Below, in pieces: positions 25,511-38,503 of a DNA stretch of 64,000 bases. Within the stretch, counting starts at the first letter, position 1; the number at the start of each line of letters is the position of its first letter. Position numbers and translations under genes: made by a program. The notes beneath the pieces are model-generated. The model searched no databases and was not told where the DNA came from. It was given only the letters and a program-made list of their open reading frames with translations. Source of the stretch: Malacoraja senta (lineage: Eukaryota); contig CM075993.1 of assembly GCA_038087875.1 (NCBI GenBank), forward strand, positions 4,032,001 to 4,096,000. Direction: 5' to 3'.

Positions 25511-27217
25511 ACCATACACCTTATACACCAGTTGAGATCTTCATTTTATCAACATTACCCGGGGTTCCATTCGGTTCGCCTGACTTACAGCAAAATGCAG
25601 CTTCGATCCCGACTACGGGTGCTGTCTGTATGGAGTTTGTACGTTCTCCCCGTGATCTGGGTAGGTTTTCTCCGAAATCTTCGGTTTCCTCCCACACTCC
25701 AAAGACGTGCAGGTTTGTAGGCTAATTGGCTTGATTAATTGGCTTGATAAAAAATGTACATTTGTCCAAGTTGGCGATATGCAGAGTACTGCCCTGCCGA
25801 CTACAACAATCAGAAGGTTCAATAAATTAGTTGCCACAAATTCATGTGATAGGAGCAGAATTAGGCCATTCGGCCCGTCAAGTCTACTCCGCCGTTCAAT
25901 CATGGCTGATATATCTCTCCCTCCTAACCCCATTCTCCTGCCTTCTCCCCATAACCTCTGACACCCGTACTAATCAAGAATCTATCTTCTAGATAGATAG
26001 ATAGAATCTATCTATCTTTGCCTTATAAATATCCATTGATTTGGCCTCCACCGCCGTCTGTGGCAATGAATTCCACAGACTCACCACCCTCTGACTGACG
26101 AAATTCCTCCTCATCTCCTTCCTAAAGGAACATCATTTAATGCTAAGGCTATGACCTCTGGTTCTGGACTCTCCCAAGATTGGAAACATCCTCTCCACAT
26201 CCACTCTACCCAGGCTTTTCACCATCAGTCTGAAGAGAGGCCCCGATCCGAAACATCGCCCATCTATTCCCTTCCCAGATGCTGCCTGACCAGCTGAGGT
26301 TGTGTTTTGCTCACGTTCACCTTTATTCCCGGCTTTGTCGGGACAGGTCAGGAGAAAACAAATCTCTTGCCCAGAGTTGGTGAATCGAGGACCAGAGGAC
26401 ATAGGTTTAAGGTGAAGGAGAAAAGATTTAATAGGAATCTGACACCTTTTACACACAAAGGGTGTATGGAACAAGCTGCCAGAGGAGGTAGTTGAGGCTG
26501 GGACTGTCCCCACATTTAAGAAACAGTTAGACAGGTACATGGATAGGACAGGTTTGGAGGGATATGGACCAAACACAGGCAGATGGGACCAGTGTAGCTG
26601 GGACATGTTGGCTGGTGTGGGCAAGCCTGGTTCCACACTGTATCACTCTATGACTGTATGAAAAGTGGTTGGCGCACATGAACCAGTGCTATTATAGCTT
26701 TGGGAAGGCTTACAGTCCACCCTTTGCCTGGTCCTTAGACCAGAAGTCTTAATTAGTAAGAACTGCAGGCAGCGTCTCACCCCAGTTAGTTTTGGGGTTG
26801 CAGCTGCCTAATCTGAACACAGATGCTCCTGTTTATTCTCTCCCCTCTCTCCACTTGCGAGAGCCTTTTCCGTGCTGGTACCCGCTCAGTGTGCGCTGGG
26901 GATTAAAGTTTTATCCTGTCGCTCCCTGTTACTGTCCCGTGCGTCTTTCCCAAGGAGCAGAGTGATGGCAGGCGGCAGCAGACGCAGTGCCTACCACGTC
27001 CATTAGCAGCCTTCAGTGTTTCATCCGGAGCTCCTGGCCCTTTTACCTGCTGTCAATTCTGTGTGTAACACCCATATCGGATTAAAGAAATTCCTTCTCT
27101 GGAGAGAAGGAACGGGTGACGTTTCGGGTCGAGACTCCGAGAGGCAGTCAGTTATGGAAGGGTAAGGTGTGAAAACACAGATCAAAGGGAACGATGATCA
27201 AGGAAATGTGGAACGGT

Positions 27218-27462
27218 AGGTACACAAAAATGCTGGAGAAACTCAGCGGGTGCAGCTGCATCTATGGAGCGAAGGAAATAGGCAACGTTTCGGCCCGAAA
27301 CCCTTCCGGGTTTCGTCCCGAAACGTTGCCTATTTCCTTCAGGGTTTCGGCCCGAAACGTTGCCTATTTCCTTCGCTCCATAGATGCTGCTGCACCCGCT
27401 GAGTTTGTCCAGCATTTTTGTCTACCTTCGATTTTCCAGCATCTGCAGTTCCTTCTTAAACA
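27218..27462. mobile_element. Penelope pseudo-LTR hairpin insertion
   Basis: Same arms and 38-bp spacer as 777-972, sitting inside an older Penelope 3' region. Confidence 0.8.
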
Positions 27463-27861
27463 ATGTAGAATGGTAGATTGTTACATACATAGATACATAG
27501 AAAATAGGTGCAGGAGTAGGCCATTCGGCCCTTCGAGCCTGCACCGCCATTCAATACGATCATGGCTGATCATCCAACTCAGTATCCCGTACCTGCCTTC
27601 TCTCCATACCCCCTGATCCCTTTAGCCACAAGGGCCACATCTAATTCCCTCTTAAATATAGCCAATGAACTGGCCTCAACTACCCTCTGTGGCAGAGAGT
27701 TCCAGAGATTCACCACTCTCTGTGTGAAAAAGTTTTTCCTCATCTCGGTCTTAAAGGATTTCCCCCTTATCCTTAAGCTGTGACCCCTTGTCCTGGACTT
27801 CCCCAACATTGGGAACAATCTTCCTGCATCTAGCCTGTCCAACCCCATAAGAATTTTGTAC

Positions 27862-28227
27862 GTTAGCTGAGGGGAAGGTGACAACGAGGCATACAATCAG
27901 TAATATCTAATCAGGAGGACAGTGGAACTAATCGGAGAACTAGGGTGGGGGTGGGACGGAGAGAGAGGAAAGCAAGGGCTGCTTAAAGGTAGTGGAATTA
28001 TTATTCACACGGCTGGGGTGTAAGCTGCCCAGGCAAAATGTGAGGTGATATGCCGCCAATTCGAATTGGGCCTCCCTTTGACAGCGTTGGGGGCCCACGA
28101 CAGATAGGTCAGTATGAGACTGAGAGGGGGAGTTAAAGTGTTTAGCAACCGGGGGATCACGTAGGCTTAGGTGGACTAAGCGGAGGTGTTTAGTGAACCC
28201 TGCGCTTGGTACTGCCAATATACAGGA
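27862..28227 (-). mobile_element. Degenerate Penelope-like GIY-YIG fragment
   Basis: KHLRLVHLSLRDPPVAKHFNSPSQSHTDLSV motif. Confidence 0.8.
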
Positions 28228-29030
28228 GAATATATAGGAGGCTTGGATAGAGTGGATGTGGAGAGGATGTTTCCACTAGTGGGAGAGTCTAGGACCTAGA
28301 GGTCACAGCCTCAGAATTAAAGGATGTTTATTTAGGAAGGAGATGAGGAGGAATATCTTTAGTCAGGGGGTGGTGAATCTGTGGAATTCTTTGCCACAGA
28401 AGGCAAGTCATCGGATATTTTTAAGGCAGAGATAGATAGATTCTTGATTAGTACGGGTGTCAGGGGTAATGGGGAGAAGGCAGGAGAATGGGGTTAGGAG
28501 GGAGAGATAGATCAGCCATGATTGGATGGCGGAGTAGACTTGATGGGCTGAATGGCCTAATTCTGCTCCTATCGCTTATGACATATAACTAGAGGGGAAG
28601 TGTGGGAAAGGGATAGAGAGGGGGAAGGAGAAAGGGTTGGACATGGAGAGTGGGATAAAGGACACTGTTTGGAGTGAGAGGAGGAGATGAAGGAGGGAGG
28701 GAGAGGGAAGGAAGCCTTCACTCGCCATCTTCTAGCTGTGTTTAGTTTGGTTTAGGGATACAGCGCGGAAACAGGCCATTCGGCCCACGGGGGTCCAGGC
28801 CGACCAATCATCCCCGCCCATTTACACTATTCTGCACCCACTCGGGACAATTTTTACATTTACCAAACCTCAACGTCTTTGGAGTGTGGGAGGAAAGCGA
28901 AGATCTCGGAGAAAACCCACGCAGATCACTGGGGGAGAACGTACAAACTCCGTACAGACAGCACCCGTAGTCGGGATCGAACCCGGGGTCTCCGGCGCTG
29001 CATTCGCTGTAAGGCAGCAGCTCTACCGCT

Positions 29031-29628
29031 TCTGTCTTCTGTCGTGTGTCTTTTACACCTGCAGCTCCGTTGAGGCGAGCCAGGCCAACGTGTCATCGTC
29101 CAGGTCAATCAGACCTCATTCACCATTCGTTGGCCGGTGTTTGGGGCAACTGGTGACCATGTGCTCCACTGTCTGTGTTGGGTCCCCACACTCGCATGAG
29201 GCACTCGCTGTCCACGAGGCCCCACCTCTTCGTCGCCACTCCATAGCATCCGATGCCTAACCTCAAGCGGTTGAGGGTTGTCCACTGCTTTCGGGGCAGG
29301 TCCTGGCCAAGGACGTCCATGGAGTCATCGATGTACTGGTGTAGCCTAGATGGTTCCACTGGCCTCTCCATCTCGTCTTGACGCAGGCGGCCTTAGAAGC
29401 GTCAGCCGGTGTTGTGCAGAGCAGCTCTTGGGCTTGCGTGGCAAAGGGGTGCCGTGACTTGAGGCTCACTCGTCGTGGTATCTCTGTGACGATCTGATGG
29501 AGGAGGTGGGATTCACTGGTCTGTGCCTTTCGAGAGAGGGGACCAGCGTGGCTGCTTCTCGTCTGATGTTGGCTGGGGCGATACCAGCGAGGACGGGCAG
29601 TCGGTTTACGGGAGTGGCTCGTAGGCAT
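29031..29628 (-). mobile_element. Vingi/Ingi-like LINE 3' fragment inserted in a V-SINE
   Basis: CLRATPVNRLPVLAGIAPANIRREAA, LKSRHPF, GQDLPRKQWTTLNRLRLG...KRWGL and a C-terminal CxC..H..C remnant across frameshifts. TSD CTCTACCGCT at 29021-29030 and 29631-29640. Confidence 0.75.
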
Positions 29629-30363
29629 AACTCTACCGCTGCGCCACCGTGACCACCCTGGTCGTTCCGAGGACGAGCAGCTCCCTGCGGCCATGTTGGA
29701 CCTGTGCCCTCAGGATCGCCTCCAGTCACTGCAGGAGAGGTGATTAAAACAAACGGAAAGAAAAAGTCACGGGACACCCACAAACAAACCATTTATCAAA
29801 CGGACAACATGGTTAAGCCTTTTTTATTGGGAATGATTGCATCCCGAGTCAGCATTTATACTCCAGTGAAATACACCCGTTGCTCCAGAGGTCAACACCA
29901 CACAGTAATTATTTGGACAAGATTGATTTTCTGGTGCTTTAATCGTGCCTTTTCACTGTCGTTTCTCCGAAAGACTGACGATGCCTGATTTCTTTTCCGA
30001 AAAGATTTTATGCAGATTGTATTCATTAATCTGGGCTCCGCTCATTATTTACCAAATGTCATGAGATGAACGTGTTGGGCAGGGGAGCTGAGCCGCTCGA
30101 TAAATTGATTTGGCCGCACCACTGTTTATCCATCTGCTCGCTCCGGGAAATAGAGTCACAGTGTCAAGCAGCAGGGGAGCGGTCCCTTCAGCTCAATTCG
30201 TTCAGAGGTTTTAGTGTTTAGTGTAGAGATACAGCAGGGAAACAGGCAATTCGGCCCACCGAGTCCACACTGACCATTGGTCACCCTAGTTCACACTAGT
30301 TCTATGTTATCCCACTTTCTCATCTGGGTGGCACGGTGGTGCAGTGGTAGACTTGCTGCCTTA

Positions 30364-31014
30364 AGGGCCTGTCCCACTTGGCCGTCATTTACGCGACAGG
30401 CCGGTAGTGACGGTCCCGCGACGGTCGTGCGTCATCATGCGCCCGCACAGCCGTCTGGAGCGCGTGACGTCATTTGAAGATAGACACAAAATGCTGGAGT
30501 AACTCAGCGGGACCGGCAGCATCTGTGGAGAAAAGGAATGGATGATGTTTCGGGTCGAGACTCTTCTTCAGTCTGAAGAAGGGTCTCGACCCGAAACGTC
30601 ACCCATTGCTTCTCTCCAGAGATGCTGCTGGTCCCGCTGAGGTACTCCTGCATTTTGTGTCTATCTCCAATCGTCTTGGCCCCGCTCTGGGAGTAGGAGT
30701 GGGGGGCGGATCCGGATCCGCAACGGCCGTGAGCCCCAGGCCGAGCTCGGCGATCGCTTGCCTGCTTCTGCTGCTGTTGGAGGTGAGACGTCGCGCCGCG
30801 ACAGGGTGTCCCACTTTGGCCGTCAGTTACGCGACAGGCCGGTTTCGCGAAGATTTCGTGCAGAACGAAATCCTGGAGCGCTGCGCGATACTGCGCTCAA
30901 CTCCACATTCCTCCACGCCACTCCATGCACCCGTCCCGCGCTACCCACACGCTACCCACACGCTACCACATTGCGTAAATGCCGCGCAAATGACGGCCAA
31001 GTGGGGCAGGCCCT
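30364..31014. mobile_element. PIF/Harbinger non-autonomous element
   Basis: TIRs AGGGCCTGTCCCACTTGGCCGTCATTT / AAATGACGGCCAAGTGGGGCAGGCCCT; 3-bp TSD TTA; interrupts a V-SINE at GCTGCC-TTA-CAGCG. Confidence 0.88.
30573..30600 (+). ncRNA. Minimal hammerhead-ribozyme-like core in a Penelope pLTR palindrome
   Basis: CTGAAGA-A-GGGT(CTCG)ACCC-GAAA-CG-TC with a GUC triplet. Similar copies at 24146, 36577 and 52034 (+) and ~3089-3116 (-). Confidence 0.55.
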
Positions 31015-33316
31015 TTACAGCGCAGGAGACCCGGGTTCGATCCCGACTACAGGTGCTGTCTGTACAGAGTTTGTATGTTCTCCCTGTGACCTGCGTGGGT
31101 TTTCTCCGAGATCTTCGGTTTCCTCCCACACTCCAAAAACGTACAGGTTTGTAGGTTAATGAGCTTGGTATAAATGTAAAATTGTCCCTAGTGTGTGCAG
31201 AGTAGCTTTAATGTGCGGGGATCGCTGGTCGGAGTGGACTCGTCGGGCCAAAGGGCCTGTTTCTGCGCTGTATCTCTAAACTAAACTAAACTAAACTAAA
31301 CTAAACACTCCCTACACACTTCAGGCAATGCTAAGAAGCCAATGAACCTGTTCCCCACTCTCACACTTGTTCTATGTTATTCCACTTTCTCATCCACTCC
31401 CTACACTAAAGGCAATGTACACAAGCGACTTAACTTACAAACCCGCACGTCTTTGCAATGTGGGAGGAAACCGGAGCACCTGGAGGAAACCCACGTGGTC
31501 AAAGGGAGAACGCACAAACTCCGCACAGACTGCACACATGGTCAGCATCGAACCGGCGACTCTGGCGCTGTGAGGCTGCTTTCCTACTGGTCGGCATGGT
31601 GCTGAATGCCACAGAAGGCTGTGGAGGTCAAGTCAGTGGATATCTTTGAAGCAGAGATTGGCAGATTCTTGATTCGTACGGGTGTCAGAGGTTATGGGGA
31701 AAAGGCAGGGGAATGGGGTTAGGAGAGAGAGATAGATCAGCCGTGATTGAATGGCGGAGTAGACTTGACGGGCCGAATGGCCTAATTCTGCTCCTATCAA
31801 TTATGACCTTATGAATGCTGGCTATGCATGCCAACACACTCCTGGGGACTATGATAAAGACTCAAGCAAATTGACAAAACAAATTGACTTTGATGATGCT
31901 TCAGAGAGAAGCCGCACACATTCATCAGTGCAGCGTGTGTGATTTGTGCCCTGGGTGCAGTATAAGGATGACAAATGGAGCCACAGGGAAACACTGAGCA
32001 GATATCCCTGTCCTGGGGCTCGTTCTGGCTGAGTCAACTGACAGCTACTCATACACTAGTCTCCCCTCCGTCAGGCATCCCACTGGCCAGTGACAGAGCC
32101 TCCCCCTCTTTAAAGGACTGTTTCCCTCCCGCACTGCGTTTTAGTTTCAGTTTTCAGACACAGGGTGGAAACAGGCCCTTCGGCCCATCGAGTCCGTGCT
32201 GACCAGCGATAACCCGTACACTAGTTAATCCTACACACTAGGCGGTCACGGTGGCGCAGTTGTAGAGTCGCTGCCTTACAGCGAATGCAGCGCCGGAGAC
32301 CCGGGTTCGACCCCGACTACGGGTGCTGTCTGTACGGAGTTTGTACGTTCCCCCCGTAACCTGCGTGGGTTTTCTCCGAGATGTTCGGTTTCCTCCCACA
32401 CTCCAAAGACGTGCAGGTTTGTAGGTTAATTGGCTTGGTGTAAATGTAAATTGTCCCTAGTGGGTGTAGGATAGTGTTAATGTGCGGGGATCGCTGGTCG
32501 GCACGGACCCGGGGGGCCGAAGGGCCTGTTTCCGCGCTGTATCGCTATAAATAAACTAAACACTCGGGACAATTTACAAAAGGCAGTTAACCGACAAACC
32601 CGCATGTCTTTGGAGTGTGGGAGGAAACCGCAGCACCCAGAGAAACCCCACGCAGTCACAGGGGGCACGTGCAAACACCACACAGACAGCGCCCGCAGTC
32701 AGGATCGAACCCGGGTCTCGGGCACTGTGAGGCAGCAACTCTACCACTGCGCCTCCGTGCCGCCCTAAACTTAGTGACCAATCAGATGCTAATTGAATGA
32801 ACTAAATTCGAAAAATGGTAGAACCTTAAATTGAAACGTAATAATCTGGTATTTAAATTTTTCTTAGAGACACGGTGTGTAAACAGGCCCTTCGGCCCAC
32901 AGAGTCCACGCCAACCAACGATCACCCTTACACTAGTCCCATGTTATCCCAGTTTGCATCCCACACACTGGGGGCAATTAACAGAAGGCTATTAACCTAC
33001 AAACCTGCAGGTCGTTGGTATGTAGCAGTAAACTGGAGCAGGCATAAAAAGCCCGCTCGGTCACTGGGAGAACGTACAAGACCGCACTGATAGTCAGGAT
33101 CGAACACGGGTCTCTGGCGCTGTGAGGCAGCAACTCTCGCTGTGCCAGGCGGCCGTCACATTTCAACCCTTCTGTATAATAAACATAAGACATGTTGTGA
33201 CCAAAGGTTTCTGTCAAGTCAAGTCAAGAGAGTTCATTGTCATGTGTCCCAGATCGGACAATGAAATTCTTGCTTTGCTTCAAGCAGAACAGAATATAGT
33301 AGGCATAAATAAATAC

Positions 33317-34030
33317 AGGTACACAAAAATGCTGGAGAAACTCAGCAGGTGCAGCAGCATCTATGGAGCGAAGGAAATAGGCAACGTTTCGGGCCGAAAC
33401 CCTGAAGGAAATAGGCAACGTTTCGGGACGAAACCCGGAAGGGTTTCGGGCCGAAACGTTGCCTATTTCCTTCGCTCCATAGATGCTTCCTCACCCGCTG
33501 AGTTTCTCCAGCAGGTACACAAAAATGCTGGAGAAACTCAGCGGGTGCAGCAGCATCTATGGAGCGAAGGAAATATGCAATGTTTCGGGCCGAAACCCTT
33601 CTTCAGACTGATAGGGGGTGGGGAGAAGAAAGGAAAAAAGGAAAAAGGCGGAGGAGGAGCCTGAGAGCTGGGGGAGGGGAGGAGACAACCAGAGGGGCTG
33701 ATGAAGGGGGAGGGGACAGCAAGGGCTAGCAGAATTGGGAGAATTCAGTGTTCAAGCCCCCAGGATGTAGACTGCCCAAGCGGAATATGAGGTGCATTTC
33801 CTCCAATTTACGGTGTTGCTCGCTGTGGCCATGGAGGAGACCCAGGACAGAGAGGTCAGATACGGAATGGGAGGGGAGTTGAAGTGCTGAACCACCGGGA
33901 GGTCAGGTTGGTTAATGCGGACCGACCGGAGGTGTTCGGCGAAACGATCGCCAAGCCTCCGCTTGGTCTCACCGATGTAGATCAGCTGGCATCTAGAGCA
34001 GCGGATGCAATAGATGAGGTTGGAGGAGAT
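33317..34030 (-). mobile_element. Penelope-like element 3' end: GIY-YIG endonuclease remnant plus pseudo-LTRs (tandem and inverted)
   Basis: Minus strand 34030-33726 reads ISSNLIYCIRCSRCQLIYIGETKRRLGDRFAEHLRSV...HFNSP / SH...LEEMHLIFRLGSL...* with one frameshift, followed by a 3'UTR and pLTR hairpin. Flanked by a probable 14-bp TSD (ATAAATAAATACAG 33305-33318 / ATAAATAAAAACAG 34035-34048) inside a Rex1-type LINE tail. Confidence 0.88.
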
Positions 34031-35341
34031 GATGATAAATAAAAACAGAACAGATCAGTGTGACCATATACTATTGAATATATATATACACACACATAAA
34101 TAAGCAGATAAAGTGCAATGGGCTATTAATGTTCAGAGTTTTGTTTGAGTTGAGTTTAATAGCCTGATGGCTGTGGGGAAGCAGCTATTCCTGAACCTGG
34201 GATGTTGCAGATTTCAGGCTCCTGTACCTTCTACCTGAAGGTAGCGGGGAGATGAGTGTGTGGCCAGGATGGTGTGGGTCCTTGATGATGCTGCCAGCCT
34301 TTTTGAGGCAGCGACTGCGATAGATCCCCTCGATGGTGGGGAGGTCAGAGCCGATGATGGACTCGGCAGTGTTTACAACTTTTTGTTGCTTACAATCATC
34401 GCTTGCGGTGATTGAGTGGCCAGTTTAGGACTGAATATTATCATATCTCAGGCGGGCTGCGGGCGATGCAGGAAATAAGATAGCCTTTAATTGAAGGCAT
34501 TGCTGTGACATCTGCGTTTAATAATACCTTTGGCAGAGGAAGATGAAAATGAACAGGAATTATTCAACATTTAATTTTAAGCCACATTATTGTAACCAGC
34601 GCACAATGATGGGGCGGTGAAACGTCCAAGCCCTCGTCCAGAGGATAACTTGCCTGGATAGGGTGGATGTGGAGAGGATGTTTCCACTCGCGGGAGAGTC
34701 TAGGACCAGAGGCCGTAGCCTCAGAATAGAAGTTCAAAGGAGATGAGGAGGAATTTCTTCAGTCGGCACGGTGGCGCAGCGGTAGAGTTGTTGCCTTACA
34801 GCGCTTGCAGCGCCTGAGACGCGGCTTCGATCCTGACTACTGCTGCTGTCTGTGCGGAGTTTGCACGTTCACCCTGTGACCGCGTGGGTTTTCTCTGAGA
34901 TCTTTGGTTTCCTCCCACACCAGTAGGTATGCATGTATGTATGTAGGTAAATTGGCTTGGTACAAGTGTAAATTGTCCCTAGTGTGTGTAGGGCAGTGTT
35001 AATGTGCGGGGATCGCTGGTCGGCGCGGACTCGGTGGGTTGAAGGGCCTGTTTCCACGCTGAATCTCTAAACTAAACTAAACTAATGTACTCATGTGCAG
35101 TATGATTTGCCTGGATAGCACGCAAAAGGAAATGTTTTCACTGTAAAACATTTGCTGGTGTTTAGTTTGAGAAGCGTTTCATTGAAGCTCTTGTGTTGGA
35201 AGGAACTGCAGATGCTGGTTTAAATCGAAGATGCTGGAGCAACTCAGCGGGACAGGCAGCATCTCTGGAGCAAAGGGCTGGGTGACGTTTCGGGGCAAGA
35301 CCATCTATCTTCACTGAAGCTCTTGTTCCTCTCTCCCCTAG

Positions 35342-35476
<135 letters not shown>

Positions 35477-36788
35477 TGACCATGTCTCCCGGGCACAACA
35501 GGGACAAGACAGGAGATTGTACAGAGGTATTTCCAGCCAAGGACCTCAGGCAGTTCACATCCAGATAACGGTGACCTCTCTCTGTATCACCGGACCATAT
35601 CTCCCGTCTCCCCTAACTCTCAGCCTGAAGAAGCGTTCCGACCCCAAACGTCACCGATGTTGGGGGAGTCCAGAACCAGGGGCCACAGTTTAAGAATGAG
35701 GGGTAAGCCATTTAGAACAGGGAGGAAGAAAAACGTTTTCACACATAGGGTTGTGAATCTGTGGAATTCCCTGCCTCAGAAGGCAAGGGAGGCCGTCTCC
35801 GGATGCTTTCAAGAGAGAGTTAGATAGGGCTCTTAAAGATAGCGGAGTCAGGGGATATGGGGAGAAGGCAGGAACGGGGTACTGATTGGGGATGATCAGC
35901 CATGATCACATTGAATGGCGGTGCTGGCTCGAAGGGCCGAATGGCCTACTCCCATTGTCTAATCCTTTTCTCCTGAGATGCTGCATGACCCGCTGAGTTA
36001 CTGTAGCATTTTGTGACTATCTAATGGTGGCCAGGTTGTCTTATCACGCGCTGGGCTTTGTCCTTCCCTCCTCTCCCAGCCTTCTCCCCCACCTCTCCCC
36101 TCCTCACCACTGTCGGCCTGAAGAAGGGTCCCGAACTGAAACATCACCTGTCCACTTTCTCCAGAGATGCTGGCTGACAAAGAAGAGTGCGTCAGTCGAT
36201 CGTCTATCTCCTGTGACGAATGAAGGAGGGTCTCGACCCGAAACGTCACCCATTCCTTCTCTCCAGAGATGCTGCCTGTCCCTCTGAGTTACTCCACAAT
36301 TTTGTCCCTACATCCGATTTAAACCAGCATCTGCAGTTCTTTCCCACACATTTTGTCCGCTCCACGCAGCAAAATCTCCTCAAGGCGAGTCTACTTTGAG
36401 GAAGTCCTCCTCCTCTCTCCGTCGAGCAACATCCTCTCTCGCTGTTCCCCCTCTTGTGATTCCTCCTTCCCTCCGAACCTACGACCGTATTTTAACCCAG
36501 ACCCGCTGCCACAACCATGTGTGCTTCCTCGTTGCTTGCCTCCATCTCCATCTCCATCTCCACCTCCAAAATCAGTCTGAGGAAGGGTCTCGACCCGAAA
36601 CGTCACCCATTCCTTCTCTCCAGAGATGCTGCCCGTCCCGCTGAGTTACTCCAGCATTTTGTGCCTATCTTCTGTGGTGAATGTTGAATCAGACTCGAGG
36701 GTCTGAGGGGCCACATGCTGTGGTTTTACTCTGCCTCTACTCTTGAGGTGGTGACCAACACATCTCACCGCTCCACTCTCACCGGCAG

Positions 36789-36922
36789 TGATGAACACCG
36801 TCAGCTGGTTTGGCCGCAGTCCCGTGGGCTTCTCCGGAGTGCCCCTGAGCCAGGACGTCTACCACAAGCTGATGACGGAGAATGGTGGCCGTGGACTGAA
36901 GGTGGTCAGCCTACCTGTTCAG
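36789..36922 (+). CDS. CCDC33: CCDC33 internal exon (134 bp, phase 1->0)
   Basis: accggcag| (V)MNTVSWFGRSPVGFSGVPLSQDVYHKLMTENGGRGLKVVSLPVQ |gtgagc. Confidence 0.88.
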
Positions 36923-37877
36923 GTGAGCTCCCTCCCATCTTAAACCTGTCCTGCTCGCTTCCCAGACTCTCAGGTGTCTAAACTGTGCCATGTTAGACCC
37001 CAGAGCTACCGTCTATCTTCAGCATAAACCAGCATCTACGGTTCCTTCCCACACATTTCGTCTGCTCCAATGTGAAATCTCAAGGTGTGCCTACCGTGAA
37101 GAAGTTCCTCTCCTCTCTCCGACAAGATTTCTGCAACATCCTCTCTCGCTGCTCCCCCTCTGTGACCCCTCCTGCTCTCCGACTCTACGAACAATGGGCC
37201 TGAAGACGGGTCTCAACCTGAAACCTCCACTCTCACCCATTCCTTCTCCCCAGAGATGCTACCTGTCCCGCTGAGTTTCTCCAGCATTTGGTGTCTTTCT
37301 AAGAACAATGGCCCGTTTCCCTTATCATCGTAACTTTTTTTTGTATAGCTTTCATTCACTGTTCTTTATCTCTCCACATCATCGTCTATATCTTTCGTTT
37401 CCGTTCCCCTGACTAGTCTGAAGAAGGGCCTTGTCCTGAAACGTCACCCACCCCTCTCCAGAGACGCTGCCTGTCCCGCTGAGTTACTCCAGCATTTCGT
37501 GTCTATCTTCGGTTCAAACCAGCATCTACGGTTCCTCCCTGCACATTAGGGATAATCAGCATGGCTTCGAATGAATGAATGAATAAATGTATTAATACTT
37601 TTTTTGACCAAGTATTCACATACAAGGAATTTGCCTTGGTGCTCCGCCTGCAAGTGGCAACATGACATACAGTGACAGTTAGAATGACACATTAAACATT
37701 AAACATTAGTAATAAAACATTATTAATTAAACATGTCGGATGTCATCCACCACTGAGTAACTCCAGCTTTTTGCGTCTACCTTCCTTTTCGAAGATTTGC
37801 TGATGTATCTACTCTGTTTTGTTGGAATATCCTCTCTCACAGTCCAGGTAATCGTTGTCTATTTACTATCTCCGCAG

Positions 37878-37949
37878 GGGACCAGTCTGAGAACAACATC
37901 TGATACCACACCAACTGTGGGGCTTGTCCTCAGGCTCATCGGCTCCGAG
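37878..37949 (+). CDS. CCDC33: CCDC33 internal exon (72 bp, phase 0->0)
   Basis: tctccgcag| GTSLRTTSDTTPTVGLVLRLIGSE |gtaaga. Resembles human [24 protein letters not shown]. Confidence 0.9.
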
Positions 37950-38290
37950 GTAAGATCGGACGATGCTTGGTTGACAGAAGATTAGGTTTGGTTCCATCTC
38001 CAATTTCATTCACTCCAACATCGCTCATTCCTTCAGATGCCTGGACTCTAAGCCTTGCGACCCCATCCTGTCTTTAAGAATGTCTTCTTACAAGAGTTCC
38101 TTACAACCCACCTCTGGCAAAGGCGTAAATGTATATGGCTGAGAAAAACATAGAAAGTAGGTGCAGGAGTAGGCCATTTGACCCTTTGAGCCCAGCACCG
38201 CCATTCAATATGATTATCCAGAATCAATACCCTGTTCCTGCTTTTCCCCCCATATCCTTTGATTCCATTAGCCCTAAGAGCTAAATCTAA

Positions 38291-38503
38291 AGGGCCTGTC
38301 CCACTTGGACGTCATTTGCGCGTCACGCAGATGGCGCTCGAAGATTTTGTACATCCCAAATTCCTGGACCGCGCGTCACTGCCTACATCACCTTGCACCA
38401 TGCGCGCATTACGTGCGTGTCACGAGGCGCGCGTCGTGCGTCGTGACGCGTAAATGATGTCGCCTAAATGACGCGCAAATGATTCCCAAGTGGGACAGGC
38501 CCT
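38291..38503. mobile_element. PIF/Harbinger MITE inserted in a CR1 tail
   Basis: AGGGCCTGTCCCACTTGG...CCAAGTGGGACAGGCCCT; TSD TAA. Confidence 0.88.

Noticed and set aside
38323..38338. CTCF-like motif (CACGCAGATGGCGC) in a Harbinger MITE
   Set aside because: Mismatches in the 5' CCA part of the consensus; too weak to call without data.
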